Shown here one piece after another: positions 37,287 to 46,804 of a DNA stretch of 64,000 bases; positions within the stretch are counted from its first letter, which is position 1; every line of letters starts with the position of its first letter. A model generated the notes under the pieces. That model had not been told where the DNA came from, ran no database searches, and saw nothing but the letters and a program-made list of their open reading frames with translations. The position numbers were made by a program, and so were the translations under genes. This stretch comes from Candidatus Binatia bacterium (GTDB taxonomy: Bacteria > Desulfobacterota > Binatia > Bin18): positions 2,848,001 through 2,912,000 of the forward strand of contig OY761159.2 of NCBI GenBank assembly GCA_963664395.2. Reading direction: 5' to 3'.

Positions 37287-38204
37287 TCAGTGGAGGCTGA
37301 CGAGCCCAACCTGGGCGAGTGTACCCGTCACCGTCTCGGCGATGGGCTGCGCGGTGGAGAGACGGGCGTACAGCACCCGATGTTGATGGCAGAACTGTTG
37401 GATCGCGTCACAATGGGCCGCCAGGGCGTGCTGGTATTTCTCAAGGTTGGCACGGCTGAGCGTGACCCAGCGTTCGGTTTGCTCTTCGACATCGTAGAGC
37501 TTGCCACGCCGAAAAAGACGTTCCGGGTGCAGCTCACTCTCGCCCAGAACCTGGATAGCTTTGACTTCATAGCCCCGCGCGATCAGAAAGAGCAGGGCGG
37601 CTTCATATTGCTTGGGTTGGGTCAGAAAGTCTGAAACGAGAATGACTACGCCGGGTTCTTTTGTCTGTCTGATATAGGACTGGACAGACTCCCTGAGATA
37701 CGTCTTCCCGCTAGGTGTCAGCGTTTCCAAAAAGGGCGTGACGCGTAGAAAACGGTTCCGATGACGTAAGAAGGGCGTTGCTATAAAGGGGCGCTGGCTC
37801 TTGTGGGGCGAAGACAGGGCGGCAATCCGGAGCGTATTATTACTGGAGAGCACGATATAACTCAGCGCCGTGACCAGGTCCAAGGCCAGGGTAAATTTCT
37901 TGTCTCCGGCAGGGGCGCCCATCGACGCGCTGGTGTCGAGAATGAGATGAAAAGGAATTTCCCGCTCTGCCGTAAACGTCTTGACCACTAGCTGATTGAG
38001 TCGCCCTGTCGCATTCCAATCCAAATAGCGAAAATCGTCTCCAGGCGAATAGTCTTTGTACGATTCGAATTCCACACCCCAGGCCTGGCTCGTACGCGGG
38101 ATAGGCGTCTCCCCAGGACGATGGCCTCGGGCTGCGCGTACGCGGATATGCAGACGGTCAAGTTGCCTAAAAAAGGCGGGGTCGGTCAGGCTCACGTGAA
38201 GCAC
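37287..38204 (-). CDS. DUF58 family protein
   Basis: EFESYKDYSPGDDFRYLDWN, LDTSASM, VSDFL. Confidence 0.9.
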   Translation of the reverse strand: MLHVSLTDPAFFRQLDRLHIRVRAARGHRPGETPIPRTSQAWGVEFESYKDYSPGDDFRYLDWNATGRLNQLVVKTFTAEREIPFHLILDTSASMGAPAGDKKFTLALDLVTALSYIVLSSNNTLRIAALSSPHKSQRPFIATPFLRHRNRFLRVTPFLETLTPSGKTYLRESVQSYIRQTKEPGVVILVSDFLTQPKQYEAALLFLIARGYEVKAIQVLGESELHPERLFRRGKLYDVEEQTERWVTLSRANLEKYQHALAAHCDAIQQFCHQHRVLYARLSTAQPIAETVTGTLAQVGLVSLH

Positions 38205-38209
38205 TATTC

Positions 38210-39313
38210 CTATCGTTGGATTTTTTTGGCGGACTGAAGAATACGCTCAATGATCGAGCCAGGATCAATATTCTCTGCTTCCGCTGCAAAATTGAGTACC
38301 AGCCGGTGATTGAGCGCCGGCAGCATGATCCGGTTCACATCTTCGTAACTGACGTTTGCACGCCCATCGAGTAAGGCGGCGACTTTCGCTCCCAGCACCA
38401 AGGTCTGGCCACCCCGCGGACTTGAGCCGAAATTGACATACCGATTCACCAGATCCTCTTTCGGCAACGTCACCGCGGCGGTATCGGAGTGATTCACATA
38501 CAGCGCATCCGCCGGCAGCGTGGCATGAATCAACGCCGCGATATACTCTTCAATGTTGGGAGCGACCATGACCTCTCGCACCAGATGGCGAAACGCCATA
38601 ATTTTTTCAGCCGCTTCCCCTTCAGAAAAAACAGGCTGAACATCCGGTTCAGCGGTGGTGGTGGTTGAGCTGATAATGCGCCGAACCTCTTGGTGGGTGG
38701 GATAGGTCAAGCGTACCTTAAAAAAGAAGCGGTCGAGCTGGGCTTCGGGCAGAGGATAGGTGCCCTCCATTTCGATGGGGTTGAGCGTCGCCAGCACGAA
38801 AAAGGGTGGGTGCAGCTGATAGGTTGTACCCGCAACCGTGACTTGGAGTTCAGCCATGGCTTCGAGCAGCGCCGCCTGGGTCTTGGGGGTTGAGCGGTTG
38901 ATCTCATCCGCCAGGAGCACGTGAGAAAAAATCGGGCCTTCAACAAAGACAAAATCACGCCGACCCCCGTCTTGATCCACGACCATACGGGTGCCCGTGA
39001 CGTCTGCCGGCATCAGGTCCACGGTGAACTGAATCCGGTTAAAACTGAGATTCAGGACGCGGGCGAGCGAACGAACCAGGAGTGTTTTGCCTGTCCCCGG
39101 CACGCCCTCGATAAGCACATGTCCGCCGGCAAAAAAGGCGATAAGAATATTTTGAATGAGCTCCTCATGGCCGATGATGGCTTTAGCCAATTCGGACTGA
39201 ATACGTTGAAAGGTATCCTGGAATTCAAGAACAAGATCGGTTGAAGAAGTAAACGTATCCTCCAATACATGCTGAGATGTTGACACGTTGACTCCTTCCG
39301 GTGTTTCACTCAC
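38210..39313 (-). CDS. moxR: MoxR family AAA+ ATPase
   Basis: GHVLIEGVPGTGKT, RIQFT.DLMPAD, LADEINR, NPIEMEGTYPLPEAQLDRF. Confidence 0.93.
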   Translation of the reverse strand: MSETPEGVNVSTSQHVLEDTFTSSTDLVLEFQDTFQRIQSELAKAIIGHEELIQNILIAFFAGGHVLIEGVPGTGKTLLVRSLARVLNLSFNRIQFTVDLMPADVTGTRMVVDQDGGRRDFVFVEGPIFSHVLLADEINRSTPKTQAALLEAMAELQVTVAGTTYQLHPPFFVLATLNPIEMEGTYPLPEAQLDRFFFKVRLTYPTHQEVRRIISSTTTTAEPDVQPVFSEGEAAEKIMAFRHLVREVMVAPNIEEYIAALIHATLPADALYVNHSDTAAVTLPKEDLVNRYVNFGSSPRGGQTLVLGAKVAALLDGRANVSYEDVNRIMLPALNHRLVLNFAAEAENIDPGSIIERILQSAKKIQR

Positions 39314-40725
39314 TGTGCTTCTCCCCGAGAAAACAGACGTTTCACAATATCTTCATATTCAGGCGGAATTTTGGCATTGCGGATGGCGTCGTCCAATGCC
39401 TGGTTTGCGCTGAGCTGACTGGTGGACTGAATAATCACCCCGCCGCCCTCATCTTTGACACCCTCGCGACCGGTATGGCTCTTCTCAAAACTGGCATCGA
39501 GAGACAAGCTGAAGGTCTGAGCCGTGGCTCCCAGATTGGCATCGTTGCCGTACAGGCGTCGGTCCGTACCCGTACCCGCCCCCGTGCCACCTTGGCCGGC
39601 TTGCCCTCCTCGGCGAGGGATCTGGGGATTGGCAGACTGAAAGGCCCCCACGGTTTTCCGCCGATCGAGACGGGCTTGTTTGAGCTTTTGGAGGCCACTG
39701 CCCTGTTCCGGCGGGGTGCTGCTGCCCTTGCCCTGCGAAGCCCTCTCAGCGTCATTCCCGGCCTGGTCTTCACCAACGGCATGTTGGGTTGCATCTCCTG
39801 CCTGCTGCTGAGACTGTAAACCCTGCTCTGCCGGCTGATCGTCATTGAGAGCGAGACGGCTCTCGTCCGCGTCTTTTGCTCGCTGCCTGTCACGCTGCTC
39901 CTGGGACTCTTGGAGCCCTTGCAGAGCCGTCCGCAGGGCTTGTTGGATATCTTCAGGAAGAGACGCCAGGTCAAGCAGCTCCTGTCCCAGACCTTCTTCG
40001 CCTTCTCCTTGATTTTGCAGGCTCGCCTGGTTGTCTGCTTGGTGGGGCAGTGTCTCATCAAAGGGGAGGGGGGCCGGTGGGTCTTCCGGCAGCATGGATA
40101 GACGTTCGTCAACCAATTGTCCTGCTCGTTCAGACAACTCAGAGGTGATAAGCTCAAGATTGGTCAGTGAGAAGGGTATAGGTTCGGACGCGGGTGACAA
40201 TAACGGGATGGAAGCCACAAAGAAGGCGAGCAGCAGTGCAGCGAGAAAAGGCAGGACGCTCCAGGGCATGAGCCGTGGCGCCACCTTTTTGATCTCCCAC
40301 AGAGACAGCCGGTCCATATTATCACGGAGGAGATACGTCCATAAGCGTGAAGCCGGAGGTCTATCGGGAGTACTCGCCATCATCTGGGCTGTCAGCGTTG
40401 ACAGGCGCTGTTTAAGCCCAACCTGGAGGTCTATACGGCGGGCTGCTGTGTGCATACTTGTCCAATCTGCTACCCCCTGGCGGAGAAACCGAAAACAGAT
40501 AAAGCCAGCAAGTGCGAAGAGCGGCCAGGTTGCCAGCGTGAACCAGAACGAAGAGAGTGAGAAGGCTAAAAAAGTAAAAAGTGCGAATCCGAGTGCGAGA
40601 ACCGTTCCAACGCCATAGAACCGATGTTGAGTGGTATAGAGGTTAAAACGCGCTCGAAGCTTTCGCAGTCTCGCTTCGACCTCGGCGAGCGCGCTCCGCT
40701 CCTCAGTGCCCGGTGGCCAATCCAT
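39310..40725 (-). CDS. Membrane protein with Q/G-rich tail (DUF4175-like)
   Basis: Three TM helices, AARRID..GL.QRLST, C-terminal IPPEYEDIVKRLF typical of MoxR-operon partners. Confidence 0.65.
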   Translation of the reverse strand: MDWPPGTEERSALAEVEARLRKLRARFNLYTTQHRFYGVGTVLALGFALFTFLAFSLSSFWFTLATWPLFALAGFICFRFLRQGVADWTSMHTAARRIDLQVGLKQRLSTLTAQMMASTPDRPPASRLWTYLLRDNMDRLSLWEIKKVAPRLMPWSVLPFLAALLLAFFVASIPLLSPASEPIPFSLTNLELITSELSERAGQLVDERLSMLPEDPPAPLPFDETLPHQADNQASLQNQGEGEEGLGQELLDLASLPEDIQQALRTALQGLQESQEQRDRQRAKDADESRLALNDDQPAEQGLQSQQQAGDATQHAVGEDQAGNDAERASQGKGSSTPPEQGSGLQKLKQARLDRRKTVGAFQSANPQIPRRGGQAGQGGTGAGTGTDRRLYGNDANLGATAQTFSLSLDASFEKSHTGREGVKDEGGGVIIQSTSQLSANQALDDAIRNAKIPPEYEDIVKRLFSRGEAQ

Positions 40726-40939
40726 ACAGCGTCCTGTTCTCTTTGAAAGAGCGCTCACACCATAGTTGAGAGCCTTTCTCGGGTCAACTCACAGGCGAAG
40801 GAGAAAAATTCCGGTTTGGGAGCAGTCGCTTCGTATTCTTTTCGGCTTGTACGGAGATGCAACACTGCGTTCGAGCTGCTAGTGAGTAGCGTGTGTTTGA
40901 TCCAATACTCGCTCAAAGGTCCTCAGCCATAGCTTCAAG

Positions 40940-41992
40940 ATGATGTATTCTCTGTCTGCGGTCAGCCGCTTGCTCGTCTGGTTTGTATTGCTGCTGGGGG
41001 TGGCGTGTGAAGAGCCGCTCCGACTGCCTTACATCGAGCCGGTGCTGCACAGGTGGCCGGAACAGTACCGAGGCGTGAGCAAGATCAAACTGCACGTCTT
41101 TCATACTGGCTCGATAGAGGTCCCCAGCCGGCTTGTCTACCAAAACGGCAGCCTCCCGCAGCGGCAGACACTTGACATCCTGGTGTTTGGCATCGAGCAT
41201 CCCAAGCACGGCCTGGTTCTGGTTGGAACCGGGTTGAATCGAGCTATGGCGGAAGATGCGTCGCGGTACTTAGGACAGTTCCGCGCGGCCCTTGGGCAGG
41301 CCGACATGCAGCCTGGCCAGGACATTCTCTCGCAGCTCAAGACGGCGCAGCTCTCAGTTGCAACAGTGAAATTCATTATTATGCCCGACCTGCGGCTCGA
41401 TCATACCGGTGAGCTCGAGCGTATGTCTCAAGCGGCTGTTGTGGTGACGCGTGAGGAACACGCTGCGGCGCTGAGCAGCAGTCCTATCGGCACTATCGGT
41501 TTGTATATGCCGCGTGAATTCGACGATGTGCCTACCTGGCAATTCGTTCATTTTTCAGCCGATGCGCCACTCGGTACTTTTGCGCGGAGTCATGACCTCT
41601 TCGGGGATGGCAGCATCGAGCTGATTGACGTCACCGGCGCAACTGCCGGCGGGCTTGCCGTGCTTGTCCGCTTATCCAGGCAACCCGTTATCCTGTGTGG
41701 AAATTTGGCCTGGACGCACAGCCAGGCGCGCTATGCGTGGCAACCCGGTCTGGCCTTTAAGCGTGAGGCGTGGTGGGAGGCAATCTGGCGTCTCAAGAAA
41801 TTTAAGGACCTCGTCCCGGAACTCATCGTCCTGCCCGATCATGACTGGGCCGCAGTCCGAAAGGTCAAAGCCGCAAACATCACGGTGCATGAATTTTCTC
41901 CTTCCCAAGAAGAGGGGACGGGAGAAGAGGAGACGGGCCTGTCTACGCCGTCTCCGGCAGCCCGGCTTTTCCGACCGGCTGCGGCCGGCTAG
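40940..41992 (+). CDS. MBL-fold, AHL-lactonase-like lipoprotein with degenerate metal motifs
   Basis: IEHPKHGLVLVGTG, PDLRLDHTG, HDLFGDGS, PDHD; lipobox GVAC. Confidence 0.7.
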   Translation: MMYSLSAVSRLLVWFVLLLGVACEEPLRLPYIEPVLHRWPEQYRGVSKIKLHVFHTGSIEVPSRLVYQNGSLPQRQTLDILVFGIEHPKHGLVLVGTGLNRAMAEDASRYLGQFRAALGQADMQPGQDILSQLKTAQLSVATVKFIIMPDLRLDHTGELERMSQAAVVVTREEHAAALSSSPIGTIGLYMPREFDDVPTWQFVHFSADAPLGTFARSHDLFGDGSIELIDVTGATAGGLAVLVRLSRQPVILCGNLAWTHSQARYAWQPGLAFKREAWWEAIWRLKKFKDLVPELIVLPDHDWAAVRKVKAANITVHEFSPSQEEGTGEEETGLSTPSPAARLFRPAAAG

Positions 41993-42004
41993 GGTAGGGA
42001 AGCA

Positions 42005-42889
42005 ATGGAAGTCAGCATAGTCGGCCATGGCTCGTTGATGAGTGGCCGGGGCTTATCGTTTTCCGGGACGTTTCAGATGCAGACCGCCCGCATTGTGGCC
42101 CTGGATGGCTGCGTCCGAGGCTTTGCAAAACTCTCCAAATATGGCGACCGATTTGCGACAGACCTTGAGCTTGAGCACCCCCCATTAGAGGGCGAAATCG
42201 TCTCGCCGGAAACCGCGCCGGATGGGAGGGTTGAAGCCCTGGGGCTGAGTGTCTCATTGGAAGACTGGGGCCGACTTGTCAAACGAGAAGGCTACCGGCC
42301 GCAGGCCATGCAGGTGCTGGTCGAGCGGGCACGAGACAATGGTCTCGGCGTTGCTGAGTGGCTGTGGGATGTCGCGGCGGAGAATGGGCATGATCTGGCT
42401 GCCTATCGGCGTCAGCTTTTCTTGATAACGGGCTATACCTCACCCCATTACATTCCCCATCCTGTTCGGCTGAGGGAAGCCGGCTATGCTGTGATTTTTC
42501 TCGCGCCCGGCCCACAGGGAACCGGCACGCCGGATGTCGTCTCTATTCGTCAACAGACTGGTATCAATACCATCCTAAGCACAGCTGAGACGTGGCGGCG
42601 CAAGCCGAATGACGATCAGATAGCCTACTTTCTGTCGTGTTTGCTGGGGGGGGTGCATGGCATCAACGTGCGAGATTTTCTGGCGAGCGTTTGGGATAAT
42701 CGCGTCTTGGCAGAAACGCTGTATCAGCGTATCCAACCTGTGCTGGCTGAAGAAGTCGAGTGTTTTCTACACACCACAGGGTTGACACCGGAACAGTATG
42801 CGTCCGCGTTCGGCAGCGCTGAGGCGGCGTTGCGCCGGAGTGGACTGGGAGACTTTCTTGATGGATTCGACAGGCAAGCGGGCAAATAA
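42005..42889 (+). CDS. Hypothetical protein with gamma-glutamylcyclotransferase-like N-terminus
   Basis: IVGHGSLMS, A.L.G..RGF, LVKREGY. Confidence 0.55.
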   Translation: MEVSIVGHGSLMSGRGLSFSGTFQMQTARIVALDGCVRGFAKLSKYGDRFATDLELEHPPLEGEIVSPETAPDGRVEALGLSVSLEDWGRLVKREGYRPQAMQVLVERARDNGLGVAEWLWDVAAENGHDLAAYRRQLFLITGYTSPHYIPHPVRLREAGYAVIFLAPGPQGTGTPDVVSIRQQTGINTILSTAETWRRKPNDDQIAYFLSCLLGGVHGINVRDFLASVWDNRVLAETLYQRIQPVLAEEVECFLHTTGLTPEQYASAFGSAEAALRRSGLGDFLDGFDRQAGK

Positions 42890-42916
42890 GAGGGCAAATA
42901 AGAAGAGGGCAGACGT

Positions 42917-43426
42917 ATGAGCATTTTCTCGGTGTCAATCGGAAAGGAATTATTACGCTTTACCGCGGCGCATTTCATTGCCTTCAAAGGGTTCCGAGAA
43001 CCTTTACACGGTCATACCTACCAGGCCGAAGTGAAGGTGAGTGGACCGGTTGGGCCGGACGGCTATGTCGTGGATTTTCTGGTGCTGAAAAAAATTGCGG
43101 AAGAAGAATGTCAGAAGCTGCACTTTACCACGCTGCTGCCTGAACACAGTGACTGCCTGCGCATTGAAGCGAACACTGAGACGGTTCGGGTGGAATGCGA
43201 AGACGGCACGCACTTCAGCTTCCCGCGGCAAGATGTCTGCTTGCTTCCCATCGTGCACTCGTCATCGGAGGAGATTGCTCAGTATCTGCTTGCGCGACTG
43301 CGCGCCCGCTTGGCGGAAGCACGCGGGAATAGTATCGAAACGCTCGAAGTCCTGATTGAGGACATCCCCGGCCAGGTGGCGGTGTGCCGCGAGCCGTTTC
43401 AGGTGCGAGATCGTCATGGCGCGTAG
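42917..43426 (+). CDS. 6-pyruvoyl-tetrahydropterin synthase family, PTPS-III type
   Basis: FTAAHFIAFKGFREPLHGHTY (ExxHGH, no Cys), VVDF, SSEEIA. Confidence 0.82.
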   Translation: MSIFSVSIGKELLRFTAAHFIAFKGFREPLHGHTYQAEVKVSGPVGPDGYVVDFLVLKKIAEEECQKLHFTTLLPEHSDCLRIEANTETVRVECEDGTHFSFPRQDVCLLPIVHSSSEEIAQYLLARLRARLAEARGNSIETLEVLIEDIPGQVAVCREPFQVRDRHGA

Positions 43427-43745
43427 GCTGCGGAGCGTGGTCCTGGTGCTGCTGTGTGCCAGCATCACAGCGTGTGAAACATCCTTGCCCGAGCCCGACT
43501 CAGAGGGTGCGCGGCTCTACCGCCAGCGCTGCTCCGGCTGTCACCGGCTGTATCAGCCCGGCCTGCTCACGCCCGAGATGTGGCAGTTCATGCTGGTGCG
43601 TATGGAACAGGAGTTTCTGCGTCTCGGCAGGCCGCCTTTATCCGAAACCGAGCGTCGCACCATCCTTGACTATCTGAACGCCCACGCCCAACGCCCGGCA
43701 TCCGACAAAGCCGATACGGACGCGACTAGGACTTTCGCCCGGTAA
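43416..43745 (+). CDS. Monoheme cytochrome c lipoprotein
   Basis: Lipobox ITAC, CSGCH, W...RM, ILDYL. Confidence 0.82.
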   Translation: MARRLRSVVLVLLCASITACETSLPEPDSEGARLYRQRCSGCHRLYQPGLLTPEMWQFMLVRMEQEFLRLGRPPLSETERRTILDYLNAHAQRPASDKADTDATRTFAR

Positions 43746-43771
43746 AAAGACTGAGAAGAAATAGCTCGCTC

Positions 43772-45088
43772 TTATGCCCCCCGCCGGGCCGCCTCGATAT
43801 CGTCTATCTCTTTCGGAATGGTACTGGTCAGAACGTCATGGCCGTTGGCTGTCACGAGCACGTCGTCCTCGATGCGCACCCCAATACCCTGGTATGCAGC
43901 CGGCACGTCTGCGTCTGCGGCGATATACAGGCCGGGTTCAACCGTCAGGACCATGCCGGGTTCGAGCGTCCGTGACTCGTCACCAACTCGGTATTTGCCC
44001 ACATCGTGGACGTCCATGCCCAGCCAGTGGCTCGTCCGGTGCATATAAAACTGGCGATAGTCGCCTTTCTCAAGAATGCTTTCCGTACTGCCGGATAGCA
44101 GGCCGAGATCACGCAGGCCATTGATAAGAATTTCCGTTGCACGTTGATGTACGTCGTCAAAGCCTATACCGGGTCGAATCATTTCAATCGCGTGTTTTTG
44201 CGCGGTCAGAACAAGGCTGTAGATTGCTCGCTGTGGAGCCGAAAACTCGCGGCCAACCGGAAACGTGCGCGTCACATCCGAGCAATAGCACGCATACTCC
44301 GAACCCGCGTCAATCAGCAAGAGATCACCAGCCTGCATTTGTTGATCATTAGAGATGTAATGCAAGATCGTGGCATTCGCTCCTGAAGCGACAATGGAAG
44401 GATAGGCCGGTCCCTCCGCTCCGTTGCGACGGAAATGGTATTCGAGCAGGGCTTCAATTTCATACTCGTGCATGCCTGGCCGCGTTTCGTGCAGGGCTGC
44501 GTGGTGCGCCGCGGCGGACGCCGTGATCGCCCTACGCATCAGGTCGATTTCTTGTGGTGTTTTGAATAAGCGCATTTCATGCAGGAGGTCGCTGGGATCA
44601 ATAATCGAGACCGGTCCGTGCCCGCTGCGCGGGCGTTGCAGCCGGCCCTGATTCACAAAGTCCAGAATCTTTGTGTTGAGGCGTTCGTCACGGCCGAGTC
44701 CGTAATAGATTTTCTCCGCGGCGAGCAGGTGTTCGGGCAGCACCTCGTCGAGCTGATCAATCGTATAGGCCGCATCCACGCCAAAGAATTCCTGCGCACC
44801 CTCGACCCCAAATCGTTTCCCCGTCCAGGTCTCTTTTTCTTTGTCACGGGGACGCACAAACAGAATGAACTGTTCCTTGTCGTGATTGGGCGAGAGCAGG
44901 CACAGGGATTCCGGTTCCGGAAAACCCGTAAGATAATACAGGTCGTTGTTCTGGCGATAGCGATATTCCACGTCCTGGGAGCGAATTGAAGTCGGGGCGG
45001 CCGGAAAGATGGCAATGCCATCACCCATCTGTTTCAGAAATGCTTGCCGGCGGGCTGCATAGGTCGAAAGATTTCCATTCATTTGCAT
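43772..45088 (-). CDS. pepP: Xaa-Pro aminopeptidase P
   Basis: YLTGF.EP, LHY, LIDAG.E, SDVTRT, HWLGMDVHD, TVEPG, RIEDD. Confidence 0.93.
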   Translation of the reverse strand: MQMNGNLSTYAARRQAFLKQMGDGIAIFPAAPTSIRSQDVEYRYRQNNDLYYLTGFPEPESLCLLSPNHDKEQFILFVRPRDKEKETWTGKRFGVEGAQEFFGVDAAYTIDQLDEVLPEHLLAAEKIYYGLGRDERLNTKILDFVNQGRLQRPRSGHGPVSIIDPSDLLHEMRLFKTPQEIDLMRRAITASAAAHHAALHETRPGMHEYEIEALLEYHFRRNGAEGPAYPSIVASGANATILHYISNDQQMQAGDLLLIDAGSEYACYCSDVTRTFPVGREFSAPQRAIYSLVLTAQKHAIEMIRPGIGFDDVHQRATEILINGLRDLGLLSGSTESILEKGDYRQFYMHRTSHWLGMDVHDVGKYRVGDESRTLEPGMVLTVEPGLYIAADADVPAAYQGIGVRIEDDVLVTANGHDVLTSTIPKEIDDIEAARRGA

Positions 45089-45141
45089 GATACAGTATCA
45101 TCCGTTTCAACAATTGAGGTTGTGAAGACGCTTTCTACTAT

Positions 45142-45501
45142 ATGGCACACGAGCATTTGTATCCAGAGTCATTAGGCGCCCTGCTGACCCGATTACCAGA
45201 ACTGGAAATTGTTCTGGGCTCACAATCGAAGCCGGGCTTACAGGCTGTCCAAAGGCTGCTCCAAGAAGCGGTTGCCGCACGCGCTGACGGTGACGTGCTC
45301 AAAGTCGCGTCAAAAATTGGGACGGCAATGGACACCCTGTCTCAGTTGGCCGACGGGCTTGACCCGCAGGAGGCAACGCTCATGCGGATGTTGTCCGCCC
45401 AGTTCAGGCAAGCGCTGACGCTGGGCGATACGAGTGAGACCCAACGTGTCTCGGACGTAATGCGCAGGAATGCCGGGGCGACCACCAAAAAGAAACCCTA
45501 G
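45142..45501 (+). CDS. Hypothetical helical protein
   Basis: 119-aa ORF with normal coding composition, divergent from pepP. Confidence 0.65.
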   Translation: MAHEHLYPESLGALLTRLPELEIVLGSQSKPGLQAVQRLLQEAVAARADGDVLKVASKIGTAMDTLSQLADGLDPQEATLMRMLSAQFRQALTLGDTSETQRVSDVMRRNAGATTKKKP

Positions 45502-45560
45502 ACAGCGCCCGAAACGATGCGTCCTTGACTTACTCAGGCCGGTTGGCTAGTGCAAAAGGC

Positions 45561-45728
45561 ATGGCCGATGCACTCCAAGCGTGTTGTGAAAAAGAACTCC
45601 AAATTCAACTCAAACAGATTACCGAGACGTATCGCTCCTTTCCGGTCATCAAAGACATTCCCTGTCCCACCTGTCTGCGCATTATCCCGATTCGGGTGTA
45701 TGAAAAACCGACTGAGGCCGGGTCCTGA
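45561..45728 (+). CDS. Small Cys-containing hypothetical protein
   Basis: MADALQACC...CPTC; possible Zn binder. Confidence 0.55.
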   Translation: MADALQACCEKELQIQLKQITETYRSFPVIKDIPCPTCLRIIPIRVYEKPTEAGS

Positions 45729-45743
45729 TACGGGGAGGCCGAC

Positions 45744-46067
45744 ATGGCGAAACGTGTGGACCTGAGAATTGTCAGGGTGAGCATTGAAAACGAGGACGAA
45801 CCGTGTCGGGTGAGTATTAAAGCCGAGGTGGATTCGCTGGCTCAACTGCGCTCCATTGCCGACAAGTTCAAGCTGTCAAAAGAGCGCATTCCCGCCCAAT
45901 TAGTCATCGGCCCAACCGAAGAAAAGCCCTCGTCTCACGGCACGATCCGCGCCGAAGAGATCGAACAGGTCATTGTCGAAGGGCTGGCGGCCATGCAGCA
46001 CTCCGGCCAAATCGCCCGCGACCTCATCCGCCGTTTTCGGGGCCGTATCCTGGCCGGGGATGAGTAA
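45744..46067 (+). CDS. Hypothetical protein
   Basis: GGGGAGG RBS; 107-aa ORF co-oriented in cluster. Confidence 0.6.
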   Translation: MAKRVDLRIVRVSIENEDEPCRVSIKAEVDSLAQLRSIADKFKLSKERIPAQLVIGPTEEKPSSHGTIRAEEIEQVIVEGLAAMQHSGQIARDLIRRFRGRILAGDE

Positions 46068-46098
46068 TAAGTTCTTGTCTGCATAGAAGGAAGGGGAA

Positions 46099-46383
46099 AT
46101 GACCCGACCAACCGAGGTCGAACCGCGAGACGGCTACCGAATCTGGATTCGCTATTCGGACGGAGCTGCTGGTGTCGTAGACTTGTCCCATCTCGTCGGG
46201 CGGGGAGTCTTCGAGGCTTGGAAGAACCGGGCTTTCTTTCAGGGCGTCCACCTCACCGCAAACGGTGCGGTCGCCTGGGACGAGGATATCGAGTTGTGTC
46301 CGGACGCGCTCTATATGCGGCTCACTCATAAATCTGTTGAAGAAGTGATGCCGGGCCTACGGACGCTGGAAGCGAATGCCTGA
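46099..46383 (+). CDS. DUF2442 antitoxin
   Basis: GYRIWIRYSDG..G.VDL...GVF...VAW...ELCPDALY. Confidence 0.85.
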   Translation: MTRPTEVEPRDGYRIWIRYSDGAAGVVDLSHLVGRGVFEAWKNRAFFQGVHLTANGAVAWDEDIELCPDALYMRLTHKSVEEVMPGLRTLEANA

Positions 46384-46636
46384 ACTCTCGAGGTTCTACG
46401 GAATCACTATACGGATGTATTTTGATGACCACCTGCCACCTCATTTTCACGCAGCGTATAGCGGCGATGAAGCTGTGATTGGAATTAACAGCTTAGGACT
46501 ACTCCGAGGACGCCTGCCGGTTCGGGCTCTCGGGCTCACCATTGAGTGGGCATCATCGCACCAAGCGGAACTACAGGACGCCTGGAATCGGGCCAAACGA
46601 CTAGAGGCTCCAGGAAAAATTGCTCCGCTGGAGTAA
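46376..46636 (+). CDS. DUF4160 toxin
   Basis: MPELSRFYGITIRMY..DH.PPHFHA.Y...EWA..HQ.EL...W. Confidence 0.88.
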   Translation: MPELSRFYGITIRMYFDDHLPPHFHAAYSGDEAVIGINSLGLLRGRLPVRALGLTIEWASSHQAELQDAWNRAKRLEAPGKIAPLE

Positions 46637-46804
46637 CGCTCTGAAGGATCGTCAACACGGACTCGCGATAGTTGATGGGCACATCCGCCAGGCGATGCAG
46701 ACCCAGCACGAAGAGGCCATGCGGGCCTTAGAGGTTCAGCACGAAGCCTTGCGGGAACTCATCGCCCGGACCGCTAAGTGACCCCCGCTGTGTTGATTAC
46801 TAGG

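Noticed and set aside
42917-43426. queD call
   Set aside because: Lacks the catalytic Cys of CxxxHGH and no que genes are adjacent
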